Source of the DNA: a virus
Lineage: Duplodnaviria > Caudoviricetes
DNA length: 24,068 bases
IMG/VR virus record: IMGVR_UViG_3300033076_001532
Coordinates: 1 to 24,068 of that record
Direction: 5' to 3' (one strand)
The notes beneath the pieces were generated by a model. That model did not search any database, was not told the DNA's origin, and worked only from the letters and a program-made list of their open reading frames with translations. Both the position numbers and the translations under genes were made by a program. Shown here piece after piece: positions 23,397 through 24,068 of this stretch. The stretch's first letter is position 1. Every line of letters begins with the position of its first letter.

Positions 23397-24068
23397 ACAA
23401 TTAAACTAACAGACGCCGTTGAATTTTTCAACAAAGAACCGCATCAAATTGATGCGTGGAATTGGCTTCAGTCTCAGTTAACACCTGAGGCTTTGGAGTC
23501 TTTTTCTGTTAAGTATCGCAATAAAACAACCAAGGAAGTTACCAATACATGGGACGTTGTTGTTAAAGCAGCAAAAGAAGCAGGTGCAAAGTTTCCTGAA
23601 TGCGTTGCAGCACAGTGGGCACTTGAATCTGGATGGGGTCAACACACCTCTGGCAAGAATAATTACTTTGGATTGAAAGGGGCAGGATCTACAGTTGAAA
23701 CCAAAGAGTTTGTCAATGGTCAGTGGATCACAATTAAGGCTGGGTTTATTGATTTTCCTGATTTAAAAACCTGTGTTTCGTACCTTGTTGATCGTTGGTA
23801 TAAAGATTTTGATGGACATAAGGGAGTTAACAGAGCAGAAAGCAGGAATGAGTGCGCACGTTTATTGGTGAAAGAAGGTTATGCAACTGATCCAGACTAC
23901 AGTACAAAATTAATTCAAATCATGGATCGTCAACTCCAAAATATTGGAGAAAAGAAAAGTGTTAACCCACATGAAAATAGTTTTAACCCTTGGAGCCCAT
24001 TTACTTTTAAAGTGACACCTAACATCACCTATGGCGAATTGACACTTAACCAAGAAGCTCGTCGTTTC
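23394..24068 (+). CDS. Endolysin with a GH73 glucosaminidase (FlgJ-like) domain, 3'-truncated and missing from the ORF track
   Basis: Translated by hand from GTG 23394: MTIKLTDAVEFF...VAAQWALESGWG...KNNYFGLKG...GYATDPDYSTKLIQIM. The frame is open to the window end, where VTPNITYGELT resembles the start of a peptidase M15 domain. Confidence 0.9.
   Translation, partial: MTIKLTDAVEFFNKEPHQIDAWNWLQSQLTPEALESFSVKYRNKTTKEVTNTWDVVVKAAKEAGAKFPECVAAQWALESGWGQHTSGKNNYFGLKGAGSTVETKEFVNGQWITIKAGFIDFPDLKTCVSYLVDRWYKDFDGHKGVNRAESRNECARLLVKEGYATDPDYSTKLIQIMDRQLQNIGEKKSVNPHENSFNPWSPFTFKVTPNITYGELTLNQEARRF

Noticed and set aside
1-24068. tRNA/rRNA genes or stop-codon reassignment
   Set aside because: No cloverleaf or rRNA-like segment was seen, and genes tile densely under the standard code using all three stop codons.

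Overview
A 24-kb fragment of a lytic tailed dsDNA phage genome, most likely a cyanophage of picocyanobacteria. The host call is an inference from an NblA-like gene, the dCTP deaminase and the tail-fibre repeat type. The window runs from the 3' part of the major capsid gene through virion and internal proteins (two carry peptidoglycan-hydrolase-like domains), three HNH endonucleases, a GH24 lysozyme and nblA. It continues with a mostly minus-strand block (DUF3310, dcd, a degenerate adenine methyltransferase, an HTH protein), two tail-fibre genes with accessory proteins, and the 5' part of a GH73 endolysin. The most striking signal is regulatory. About 20 genes have their own TAnnnT (-10-like) hexamer, mostly 19-24 nt before the start codon. 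In at least 5 clear and 4 weaker cases this hexamer lies in, or abuts, the 5' arm or loop of an RNA hairpin whose 3' arm covers the RBS or start codon. Read-through mRNA would then be translationally silenced, while transcripts from the gene's own promoter would be translated. Other highlights: a 38-aa module shared by the two lysins, an apparently circularly permuted M23 domain, an HNH cassette flanked by a duplicated 3' end of its host gene, DNA-identical junctions in the tail fibre, and a structured leader with an unannotated 38-aa ORF. All family calls come from reading motifs by eye, not from database searches.
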